Shown here: positions 31,608-39,795 of the stretch, piece after piece
How positions within the stretch are numbered: position 1 is the first letter of the stretch
Layout of the letters: every line of letters begins with the position of its first letter
Assembly: GCA_041651455.1 (NCBI GenBank)
Contig: JBAZJG010000005.1
Span: 3,882-67,881 of the forward strand
From: Candidatus Omnitrophota bacterium
GTDB taxonomy: Bacteria > Omnitrophota > Gorgyraeia > Pluralincolimonadales > Pluralincolimonadaceae
Reading direction: 5' to 3'
DNA length: 64,000 nucleotides
Program-made: the position numbers and the translations under genes
Notes under the pieces: model-generated
Database searches by the model: none
What the model saw: only the letters and a program-made list of their open reading frames with translations
What the model was told of the DNA's origin: nothing

Positions 31608-32852
31608 ATGGCTGATAATAATTCAAGGGAATGTTCGATACAGATACTCGCGGATAAATGCACGGGCTGCACGCTCTGCGTGAAGGCGTGCCCGTTCGGC
31701 GCGATATCTATGAAGGATGACGCGCAGGCCAAGAAGGGCAAGCTCGCAGTAATAGATTTCGTTAAATGCACGCTCTGCGGCGCGTGCGTCGAGGCATGCA
31801 AGTTCAACGCGATCGAGAAGACCGTATGCAAAGTCCAGCCGAAGGTGCGGCTCGACGACTATAAGGGCGTATGGGTCTTTGCCGAACAGAAAAAAGGCAA
31901 AGTCCAGAGCGTAGCGTTCGAGCTCCTCGGGAAGGGCAGGGAACTAGCTAACGACCTCGGTGTGGAGCTTGCGGCGGTACTGGTCGGCGATAACGTAGCC
32001 AGCCAGGCGGACGAGCTTTTCTCCCGCGGCGCGGACAAGGTCTACCTTGTCGAAAGCCCGAAGCTCAAGGATTACCAGGACGAGCCCTACACGAACATAA
32101 TTGTAGAGCTCGTGAAGGAGTTCAAGCCCGAGATACTGTTGTACGGGGCTACATCGATAGGAAGGTCCCTCGCGTCGCGCATCGCCGTGAAGATATACAC
32201 GGGCCTCACGGCCGACTGCACAGGCCTCGCGATAGACAAACAGAAGAGATTATTATTGCAGACCCGTCCGGCGTTCGGAGGCAATATAATGGCCACGATC
32301 CTCTGCGAGAACTACCGGCCGCAGATGGCAACGGTGCGCCACAAGGTCTTTAAGGAAGCCGCCGTGGACAAGGCGAAAAAAGGCCAGGTTATCAAGAAGG
32401 ATTACCCGGGCAACATTTACGACTCACGCACGAAGATAACGAACGTCGTGGAAGAGCTGTCGGCCACGGTCAACCTTACCGAGGCGGACATAATCGTCTC
32501 CGGAGGCAGGGGGCTCGGAAAGGCCGAAAACTTCAAGGTAATAGAGGAACTCGCGAAAGTGCTCGGGGGCGCCGTGGGCGCCTCGCGTTCGGCGGTAGAC
32601 GCCGAGTGGATACCTTACTCGCACCAGGTGGGCCAAACGGGCAAGACCGTTTGTCCCAAGATATACATAGCGTGCGGCATCTCGGGGCAGATACAGCATC
32701 TTGCCGGGATGTCTTCCTCGGAGATCATAATCGCGGTCAATAAAGACCCCCAGGCGCCTATATTCTCCGTGGCGACCTACGGGATCGTCGGGGACCTGTT
32801 TGAGGTAGTCCCCGCGCTGACGCAGAAGTTCAAGGAGATCCTTAAAAAGTAG
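31608..32852 (+). CDS. etfA: Electron transfer flavoprotein alpha subunit with an N-terminal 2x[4Fe-4S] ferredoxin domain.
   Basis: Ferredoxin motifs 'CTGCTLCVKACPFGAI' and 'CTLCGACVEACKFNAI', then the EtfA FAD-binding region 'SGQIQHLAGMSSSEIIIAVNKDPQAPIF'. Confidence 0.85.
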   Translation: MADNNSRECSIQILADKCTGCTLCVKACPFGAISMKDDAQAKKGKLAVIDFVKCTLCGACVEACKFNAIEKTVCKVQPKVRLDDYKGVWVFAEQKKGKVQSVAFELLGKGRELANDLGVELAAVLVGDNVASQADELFSRGADKVYLVESPKLKDYQDEPYTNIIVELVKEFKPEILLYGATSIGRSLASRIAVKIYTGLTADCTGLAIDKQKRLLLQTRPAFGGNIMATILCENYRPQMATVRHKVFKEAAVDKAKKGQVIKKDYPGNIYDSRTKITNVVEELSATVNLTEADIIVSGGRGLGKAENFKVIEELAKVLGGAVGASRSAVDAEWIPYSHQVGQTGKTVCPKIYIACGISGQIQHLAGMSSSEIIIAVNKDPQAPIFSVATYGIVGDLFEVVPALTQKFKEILKK

Positions 32853-32876
32853 CTTCTCTTTAACAGGGGGATCCAA

Positions 32877-34454
32877 TTGGCAGAAGTCCCGCTTAGCAGC
32901 ACAAGAGAGAAGATCCCTTTTACCTCAAGCATAAACTTCAGGTTCATCCTCATATTCATCCTGCTCGTCACCGTTACGACATTCCTCAGCGGCATCATAC
33001 TGATATACCAGGGCCAGAGGTCGCTCGAGGACGCGGTCCTCAAGAGGAACCTGACCGCGTGCGAGAATGTCCGCAGCAAGATAGAAAATTTTATACAGGG
33101 GGCCAAATCCTCCGTTGAACTGATGACCCTGATGCCCGGGATAAAAGACCTCGACCTTTTCCAGATAGACAAGATGATGTACGAGGTCATATCGGAGCAT
33201 GAGCGCCTGGACCCCGTGGCGGTCCTCAACGACCAGGGCATAATGATATCCTCGCGCAATCCCGCAGACCAGAACAAGGACATGTCCGGCAGCGATCTTT
33301 TCCTGAAGACCAAGAGCAAGAGCTACATATCGGACATATATTTTTCCTCCGACGGACAGCCGCTGATAACCATAGCGGCGCCGATATTCGATTACGACAG
33401 CTTCGGCAGGAGGATAGGCGTGCTTGTGACTGCCGTCAAACTTCGCAGCCTCTGGCCGACCCTCGACGGGACCAAGGTCGGGGAGAAGGGCATGATAGTG
33501 GTGACGGACAGGAAGGGCGAACTGGTCTACAGGTCCGGAGAAGTGAAGACGGGCAACGTCGGCAATGACAGGACCGTAAAGCTCGCGCTTGAAGGCAGGA
33601 CGGGCAGCGTAAATTACGGGAACATGCTAAGCTCATACATGCCGCTTACCGGGATGGTTACCGGGTCCGTGGTCGTTAAGCAGCCGGCAAGGGAGGCCCT
33701 TTACGGCGTGGCGAAGATGAGGAGCCAATCGATGATCCTGCTGGTCCTGAGCATAATGGTTGCCATCGCGATAGGCCTCGTGTTGTCGAACAGCATGCTC
33801 ATCTCGGTCAGGAAACTTCTTGTAGGTACGAAGATAGTCGCCGAGGGCGACCTCGGATATAAGATAGACATAAAGACGGATGACGAGATCGGCGAGCTCG
33901 CGAGGTCGTTCAACGCGATGACGGTCGAGCTCAAAAAGCAAAGGGAGCGGGCGATAACCGACGAGCTTACGCATCTCTATACGCATTCGTATTTCCTTGA
34001 GACGCTTAAGGCGGAGGTCTACAGGTCGAAGAGGTACAGGGTCCGCCTGTCGCTGATGATGCTCGACATCGACCATTTTAAGTCGTTCAACGACAACTAC
34101 GGGCACCAGGTCGGCGATGAGGTGCTTATCAAGATATCCGATATGCTGAAGTCGAGCCTCAGGGAATCCGATGTCGCGTCAAGGTACGGCGGCGAGGAGC
34201 TCGTCGTGCTCGCGGCCGAGACCGACAAGGAGGGAATATACATACTTGCCGAAAGGGTGCGCAAGAAGATCGCCGAGGACGTGATCGTCGAGTATGAGGA
34301 CAAGAAGCTAAGGGTCACCGTAAGTATAGGCGTCACGACACTTACCGAGGACGACATAAAGAGGGACATATTCCCGGATGACTTCCTGAAGCGGGTCGAT
34401 ATGGCGCTCTATAAGGCAAAGGACAAAGGAAGAAATTGCGTCGTACAATTATAG
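32877..34454 (+). CDS. Membrane-anchored sensor diguanylate cyclase (Cache-like periplasmic domain - HAMP - GGDEF). TTG start.
   Basis: N-terminal transmembrane helix, second transmembrane helix 'LLVLSIMVAIAIGLVL', HAMP 'DEIGELARSFNAMTVEL', GGDEF domain 'LMMLDIDHFKSFNDNYGHQVGD...RYGGEELVVL'. Confidence 0.8.
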   Translation: MAEVPLSSTREKIPFTSSINFRFILIFILLVTVTTFLSGIILIYQGQRSLEDAVLKRNLTACENVRSKIENFIQGAKSSVELMTLMPGIKDLDLFQIDKMMYEVISEHERLDPVAVLNDQGIMISSRNPADQNKDMSGSDLFLKTKSKSYISDIYFSSDGQPLITIAAPIFDYDSFGRRIGVLVTAVKLRSLWPTLDGTKVGEKGMIVVTDRKGELVYRSGEVKTGNVGNDRTVKLALEGRTGSVNYGNMLSSYMPLTGMVTGSVVVKQPAREALYGVAKMRSQSMILLVLSIMVAIAIGLVLSNSMLISVRKLLVGTKIVAEGDLGYKIDIKTDDEIGELARSFNAMTVELKKQRERAITDELTHLYTHSYFLETLKAEVYRSKRYRVRLSLMMLDIDHFKSFNDNYGHQVGDEVLIKISDMLKSSLRESDVASRYGGEELVVLAAETDKEGIYILAERVRKKIAEDVIVEYEDKKLRVTVSIGVTTLTEDDIKRDIFPDDFLKRVDMALYKAKDKGRNCVVQL

Positions 34455-35668
34455 CGTTAGCCGCATTCGTCGCCGTTGCGGCGTTCCTGCCCGCGGAAGT
34501 CCTGGTCCGCGAAAGGGTCCTCAAGAAACCCGAGACGATCCAGAACATCGGCTTCACAAAAGGCACTACGGTGTATTTCGACGAATCCGGCAGGCTGCAA
34601 TTCGCGAGCCTCGGCGCCGACCAGCAGGTCGGGGGCATCAGGTTCGCTAAACGAACGTCCGTTTATTTCGACGGCTCCGGAAGGATCGATTATGTATACC
34701 TCGCCGCCGACCAGCAGGTGCTCGGGGTGGACGTAAGAAAGGGGACCTCGGTATATTTTACCAAGAACGGGAAGCTTGACTACATCATGGTCGCCGGTGA
34801 CGAAGAGATCGGCGGCCTTCTCTGTGCGAATGGCTCAAAGGCGGGTTTCTATGAGTCGGGAAAACTCCGGTATGCCACGCTCGGCAAGGACCAGCAGGTG
34901 CAGGGGATACCGTGCGCTAAGGGCTCAATAGCGGGTTTTTATGAATCGGGGAAACTGCGGCACGGGATATTATCAGATGACTCATGCGTGCAGGGCATAA
35001 TGTTCGCGAAAGGCACCTACCTTCTTTTTTATGAGACGGGCGGCATAAAGAGCGCATACCTCGTTGCGCCTACCGAAATAATGGGCATTACCTGCGCGAA
35101 CGGTCCGAGCGCGAGTTTTTATGAGAACGGTAAACTTGACTGGGCTGTCCTTGCGAACGTAAGCGAGGTCCAGGGGATATCATGCGCGAAGGGTTCGACG
35201 ATCGGGTTTTATAATACCGGAAAGCTCCAGTACGCTACGCTGTCTTACGAACAGGAAATCGACGGCATCGCATGCGCAAAAGGCGCGAAGGCCGGTTTTT
35301 ACCAGTCGGGTAAACTCCAGTTCACGACTCTTGCGGCAGACCAGCAGGTCTTCGGCATTCCTTGCGCAAAGGGCACGGTCGCCGGCCTGTATGAGAACGG
35401 CAAGCTGCAGTATGCGACCCTCAGCTCCGACAGGGAGATAAACAGCATACCCTGCGCGAAGGGAACGAAAGTTGATTTTTATGAGTCCGGAAGCCTGCAG
35501 AATGCTACGCTGTCCAAAGACCACAGGATAGGCAATATCGACTGTCCTAAAGGAGCAGTTGTCGGTATACGCGAATCCGGCACGCTTAAATACCTGATAT
35601 CCGAAGGGTCTAAGGCGAGTTTCGACGAGAACGGAAACCAGAGAGATATCGAAAAGACTGCAGATTGA
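34436..35668 (+). CDS. Secreted tandem-repeat protein, ~14 repeats of 23 aa (MORN_2/YwqK-like repeat). TTG start overlapping the GGDEF gene end.
   Basis: Signal peptide 'RRTIIALAAFVAVAAFLPAEV'. Periodic 'G..(V/A)(Y/G)F(Y/D)E(S/N)GKL(Q/R)YATL..DQQV.GI.CAKG' units. Confidence 0.7.
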   Translation: MRRTIIALAAFVAVAAFLPAEVLVRERVLKKPETIQNIGFTKGTTVYFDESGRLQFASLGADQQVGGIRFAKRTSVYFDGSGRIDYVYLAADQQVLGVDVRKGTSVYFTKNGKLDYIMVAGDEEIGGLLCANGSKAGFYESGKLRYATLGKDQQVQGIPCAKGSIAGFYESGKLRHGILSDDSCVQGIMFAKGTYLLFYETGGIKSAYLVAPTEIMGITCANGPSASFYENGKLDWAVLANVSEVQGISCAKGSTIGFYNTGKLQYATLSYEQEIDGIACAKGAKAGFYQSGKLQFTTLAADQQVFGIPCAKGTVAGLYENGKLQYATLSSDREINSIPCAKGTKVDFYESGSLQNATLSKDHRIGNIDCPKGAVVGIRESGTLKYLISEGSKASFDENGNQRDIEKTAD

Positions 35669-35705
35669 GTTCCCGCCTATTTTTTAGTTTTTCCTTAAAA
35701 AATCC

Positions 35706-35734
35706 TTGACGACCTTCCGTACGCGTAATACAAT
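35706..35734 (+). promoter_or_regulatory. Sigma70-type promoter upstream of the HTH / TolC-like / giant gene operon.
   Basis: TTGACG (35706-35711), 17-nt spacer, TACAAT (35729-35734). RBS ggaggaaggag lies before ATG 35767. Confidence 0.45.
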
Positions 35735-35766
35735 TATATACGAAATATGGAGGAAGGAGAGTCTAT

Positions 35767-35961
35767 ATGGACATAGGCGCGAAATACATAACTATGGAAG
35801 AGGTCGTGAATTACTTAAGCCTTAGCGAGGGCAGTATCCGTAAACTTATACGGGAACAGAGTTTCCCGCACGTAAAGGTGCTCAGGAAATATCTGTTCAA
35901 TAAGCAGGATGTCGACGCGTGGCTTAAGATGCATTCACAGGGCCTAAGGGCAAATAAGTAG
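35767..35961 (+). CDS. Small helix-turn-helix DNA-binding protein (excisionase/MerR-like HTH_17 type).
   Basis: 'ITMEEVVNYLSLSEGSIRKLIREQSFPHVKVLRKYLFNKQDVDAWL' is the typical excisionase-family HTH. Confidence 0.6.
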   Translation: MDIGAKYITMEEVVNYLSLSEGSIRKLIREQSFPHVKVLRKYLFNKQDVDAWLKMHSQGLRANK

Positions 35962-35985
35962 CATTACCTAACTATTAAAGGGGTC

Positions 35986-38900
35986 ATGCTAAGCCAAAAT
36001 TGTAAGAAATATATTATATCATTATCCATCGCGCTCGCGATGTCGTTTCCGTCGATGTCGTGCCCCGGGGAATTAGATTACAATAAGCTTTCGCTTGAAG
36101 CCGCGCTGAACAGGATGTATGAAGTAGACCCCGAAATACAGATAAGCAGACTCGCATGCGATGCGTCCCTCCTCGAGATAAAAGCAAGGAAACTCGATAC
36201 ATTCATGCCGAAGCTCAGCGTCGGCGTCAGTATAGTCAAGCCGGTCGATATCTTCACGAAACTTGACCAGCAAAAAGAGATGTTCTTTGAACAGCAGGTT
36301 ATCATAGAATTCGCCGTGACCTCAAACAGCTTCAACCATATCCTTAAGGACAGGAAAGGGTACGAAGCTAGCATGCTCGAATTGAAGCAGGCGGTTTCCG
36401 AAAGGAGCCGTGAGCTCATCACCGTATATTACGCCGTCGCAAGGGCCCAGGAGAATTACAGGTCCAGCTGCGATAACATCGAGACAGTCGAGAAGGTCCT
36501 GAAGATGGTCGAAAACAGCAATGAATATACGGACGTCGAAAAACTCGAGATAAGGAACTATCTTGCCGTGGTCACGGAAGAGAAGTTAGGCGCGCTGAAT
36601 ACGCTCATCAATACGAGAAGAGACCTCCGCGGGCTTCTCGGTCTGGAGAACAGGGAAGATATCGATATAACCGTCGAGGAACTGCCTGATAATATCAACA
36701 ATGACATCGCCTTCTATGAAAACCCGTTGATAAGGCCGGCGGATTACACCCTCGACATATATAAGAAAAGGGGTGAGGCTGCGGACGTGGCCTCCCGGAT
36801 CAGCGCGTCTCCCTTATTGAAATTTTCTTCCGCGACGATCCTCGGCATCGCCGAGGGCAGGTTCACGAAACTCCAGAAGAAAGTGATAACTGATACGGGA
36901 GTGGAGTTGCATATAACCGACTTTGGCTATACCGGAGGCCTCAATGATGTAAGCAAGATTAATTCGCAGATAGCGAGGTTGGAGGTATTGAAAGCAGAAG
37001 AGGACCTTGAGTATTCGGATTTAATAGCGAACGGCAAACTGGCCGAACTAAGCGGCCTAATAGATAATTACAGGGAATACATAACGAAGACGGAAGACAT
37101 GTTGAGGATGTTCAGGGAACGCCTCTCCTTGCCGGTCATCGAGATAATAAGGATGAACGATAATCTCTATAAGGCCAAGTATGCGATGCAACAGGCGCTC
37201 GTCGATTATACGGTCATGCTCTCGAACCTTAAAGGTGTCGAGCTGAAACCCGAACAGACCAGCCCTCAATACCAGGATATGAGCTTGGAAGACCTGCTTG
37301 CGAGGGGCGAGAGGAGTGACATCCTGACCGTCAAACAGATATCCGAGAAGAAGATGAGGATGGAAAACGTCAGGATCAACGCGACAAAGGCCGGATATTT
37401 CCCGAAGATCACCGGTGCGGCCATACTTGAGAACGCGAACATAGACGGCGTGCCGTCGCAGGCTACGAGGGCTTACGTTGCGCTTGAAGGGCAGCTCTTT
37501 AACTTCAAGAACGGGCAGGCCATCAGGGCAGCGAAGGCCAGCATGGAAGAAATCAGGTACGAGGGCGCCGCGCTGCAGAACGTGGTCGCGGATGAGATAA
37601 TAAAGAACTACCTGTTCATATTAAGGAGCAAGAATACCTTAAAATGGCTGAACGAGATCAAGGGGATAAAAGACGACATAATACGCGATATGCTGGAAAA
37701 TATGGAAGGCAAGGGCCCCAAATATAGTAATTCGGATATACTGCCGCTGGTCCTGCAGCAGATGGAGCTGGACAGGATGATGGCGGATGCCGAGTTCTCG
37801 CTGGCGGTCGTCGAGTATAGCCTCAAGAAATGGACCGGCATACCGCTCAACGAGACGATAAGCGTAAAGGAGCTCCCGGCGTTCGGGGAGGACGAAGGGC
37901 TCTCAGGGTTCATGGCGCTGATCCGGTCCAAGGTGGCGCCGTATTTCGACGGTAAGGCGCCGGTAAAACAAGCCCTGAGCGCCGTCGAAAAGAACAGGGC
38001 GGAAGAGGCGCGGGCCGTCGCGTATGATGGGGCGCTGCTCCAGGTAAAATGCGAGACGAAGGGCATGGAATATAAGGGATGGCATGATCCCGACAGGCAG
38101 GTGTCTTTCAGCGTCTCCGTGCCGTGGGGCGACCGCAGGGAAAAGATAGCCAGGTCTGAGGCGGCGAGGACCCGCATCAAGTCGGAGATCGAGTATTTGA
38201 AGAGCATGGATGCTTATGAAAAAGAGAGGTTATCCGTCAAGACCTCCTACGATTCATCGAAAGCGCTCCTTGAAGACCTGCGCAGCAAGAAGGAGAATAT
38301 GGAATCGCAGTACAGGATAACCGAGGAACTTTACCGGTTCGGCGGCCGGACAAAGAAGCAGATGGTTGATTCCAAGCTGGATTTCATAGTAGCGCAGATG
38401 AGCTATGAGGAAGCCGTCCTTGACAACTATTACCACAATGCGAGGGAGCTGCTGGTAGTGGAGAAAGATGCGGAACCCGAAGGCAGCGAAAGGATATTGC
38501 TGGCCGGATTGCAGGAAGCGATAGACCTTGCCATGCAGAACAGCCGCGAAATAAGGAAATACGAGGAGAGCCTCAAGCTCGAGAAGGAAACATTGGATTA
38601 TTACAAGACGGTGAGGATAAAGGGCGATATCGGAGGGGATTCCTATATAATAGATAACAAGGGCTGGAATGAGACAAAGAGGGTCAAGACCGCGGGGATC
38701 GTCGCGACCGCCGACATTGACCTCGTGAACAAATATATGGTGAAAGTCCAGCAGCGCAGGATCGAGCTTGCCGAAAAGGACCTCGAGCAGGCGAAGTTCG
38801 ACCTGACCCTGAAGGTCGCGGATGCCTACTCGGGCTACCTCGGTTCGCTCGCGGAGACCTCGGAAGTCCGCAAGGAATACGAGAGGCAGAAGACGGTCCT

Positions 38901-39795
38901 GGCGGAAATGGAAGAGCTTTTCAAGGCGAAAGCGATAGCGCATGTGGACCTGCTGAAGCAGAGGGAGTTCGTAGAGAGCCTTCTGCAGAAGTACATCGAC
39001 ACCAACAGGTATACCGAAGGGCACAGGAACAGCCTCGGCATTGCCGTCGGAGGCCTCGACCCGAGGTTTTCGGTCGTGAACACCGAGGTTTACGACAAGT
39101 CCGCCCGGCGCGTCGCGCTTACGGAAGATTTCGAGATCAAGCAGAGGCTGTTGGACGAGCTTACATCCGCGAGGCAGGCGCTCCAGGGACTGCTGCAGGA
39201 TGATCTGCTCAAGCGCGCGGAGATCAAACTCGACATGGCCAGGCTTGATACCCAAGCTATATCAAAACAGGTAAAGACGCTCGCGGTCAACCTCGAGTAC
39301 ATATACCTTACGGATTTCATGGGACTAATAATGAGGGATGAAGCCGCCTTCTCGCGTTATGACAACATGTCGGAGTTTTTCTCGCTGAACTCCATAGACC
39401 AGATATTCAATCCCGCCACCGGGACTAAGGCGAGGATTGCGGCGATAAGCGAGAAGGTCGCGGCATTAAGGTCGAAGTCATATACGAAAAACGTTGTCCA
39501 GGACGCGTTGAGGAGGTTTACCGATTACCAGGTGGCCGTGGCCGATTACGCCAACTACGAGAAGAACGAAACGGTGCTGGAAAACGAGATGGCCGAGAAG
39601 ATGCGTATGGAAGAGGCGGCAGGGAACACGGCCCTGATCAGGCAGAGGGAGCTAAAAGAGACGATACTTAACAACAAGATAAAGAAGATACAGGCATTCT
39701 ACAGGATGATGAAATTTATGAACGAACTGGACCGTTATCTGATAAGATATACTTCAAAAGGCATAGAATCATACGTAACATTCGTCACAAAATGA
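35986..39795 (+). CDS. Unusually long (1269 aa) TolC-like outer-membrane channel protein (OEP family repeats plus extensions).
   Basis: Signal peptide. 'LSLEAALNRMYEVDPEIQISRLA' is a TolC-type N-terminal motif. Recurrent OEP-type coiled-coil/beta segments ('AIRAAKASMEEIRYEGAALQNVVADEIIKNYLFIL', 'EELYRFGGRTKKQMVDSKLDFIVAQMSYEEAVLDNYY'). The stop overlaps the next start (ATGA). Confidence 0.55.
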   Translation: MLSQNCKKYIISLSIALAMSFPSMSCPGELDYNKLSLEAALNRMYEVDPEIQISRLACDASLLEIKARKLDTFMPKLSVGVSIVKPVDIFTKLDQQKEMFFEQQVIIEFAVTSNSFNHILKDRKGYEASMLELKQAVSERSRELITVYYAVARAQENYRSSCDNIETVEKVLKMVENSNEYTDVEKLEIRNYLAVVTEEKLGALNTLINTRRDLRGLLGLENREDIDITVEELPDNINNDIAFYENPLIRPADYTLDIYKKRGEAADVASRISASPLLKFSSATILGIAEGRFTKLQKKVITDTGVELHITDFGYTGGLNDVSKINSQIARLEVLKAEEDLEYSDLIANGKLAELSGLIDNYREYITKTEDMLRMFRERLSLPVIEIIRMNDNLYKAKYAMQQALVDYTVMLSNLKGVELKPEQTSPQYQDMSLEDLLARGERSDILTVKQISEKKMRMENVRINATKAGYFPKITGAAILENANIDGVPSQATRAYVALEGQLFNFKNGQAIRAAKASMEEIRYEGAALQNVVADEIIKNYLFILRSKNTLKWLNEIKGIKDDIIRDMLENMEGKGPKYSNSDILPLVLQQMELDRMMADAEFSLAVVEYSLKKWTGIPLNETISVKELPAFGEDEGLSGFMALIRSKVAPYFDGKAPVKQALSAVEKNRAEEARAVAYDGALLQVKCETKGMEYKGWHDPDRQVSFSVSVPWGDRREKIARSEAARTRIKSEIEYLKSMDAYEKERLSVKTSYDSSKALLEDLRSKKENMESQYRITEELYRFGGRTKKQMVDSKLDFIVAQMSYEEAVLDNYYHNARELLVVEKDAEPEGSERILLAGLQEAIDLAMQNSREIRKYEESLKLEKETLDYYKTVRIKGDIGGDSYIIDNKGWNETKRVKTAGIVATADIDLVNKYMVKVQQRRIELAEKDLEQAKFDLTLKVADAYSGYLGSLAETSEVRKEYERQKTVLAEMEELFKAKAIAHVDLLKQREFVESLLQKYIDTNRYTEGHRNSLGIAVGGLDPRFSVVNTEVYDKSARRVALTEDFEIKQRLLDELTSARQALQGLLQDDLLKRAEIKLDMARLDTQAISKQVKTLAVNLEYIYLTDFMGLIMRDEAAFSRYDNMSEFFSLNSIDQIFNPATGTKARIAAISEKVAALRSKSYTKNVVQDALRRFTDYQVAVADYANYEKNETVLENEMAEKMRMEEAAGNTALIRQRELKETILNNKIKKIQAFYRMMKFMNELDRYLIRYTSKGIESYVTFVTK

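Noticed and set aside
34436-35668. Nucleotide-level tandem repeats, considered as a possible CRISPR array or VNTR.
   Set aside because: The periodicity is in-frame protein repeats (23 aa) inside one ORF with a signal peptide. No spacer/repeat alternation was seen. No CRISPR arrays were seen anywhere in the window.
35767-35961. Excisionase-family HTH as a sign of a prophage or integrative element.
   Set aside because: No integrase, recombinase, tRNA-adjacent attachment site, direct repeats or phage structural genes are within reach. It is more likely a small transcriptional regulator heading the operon.
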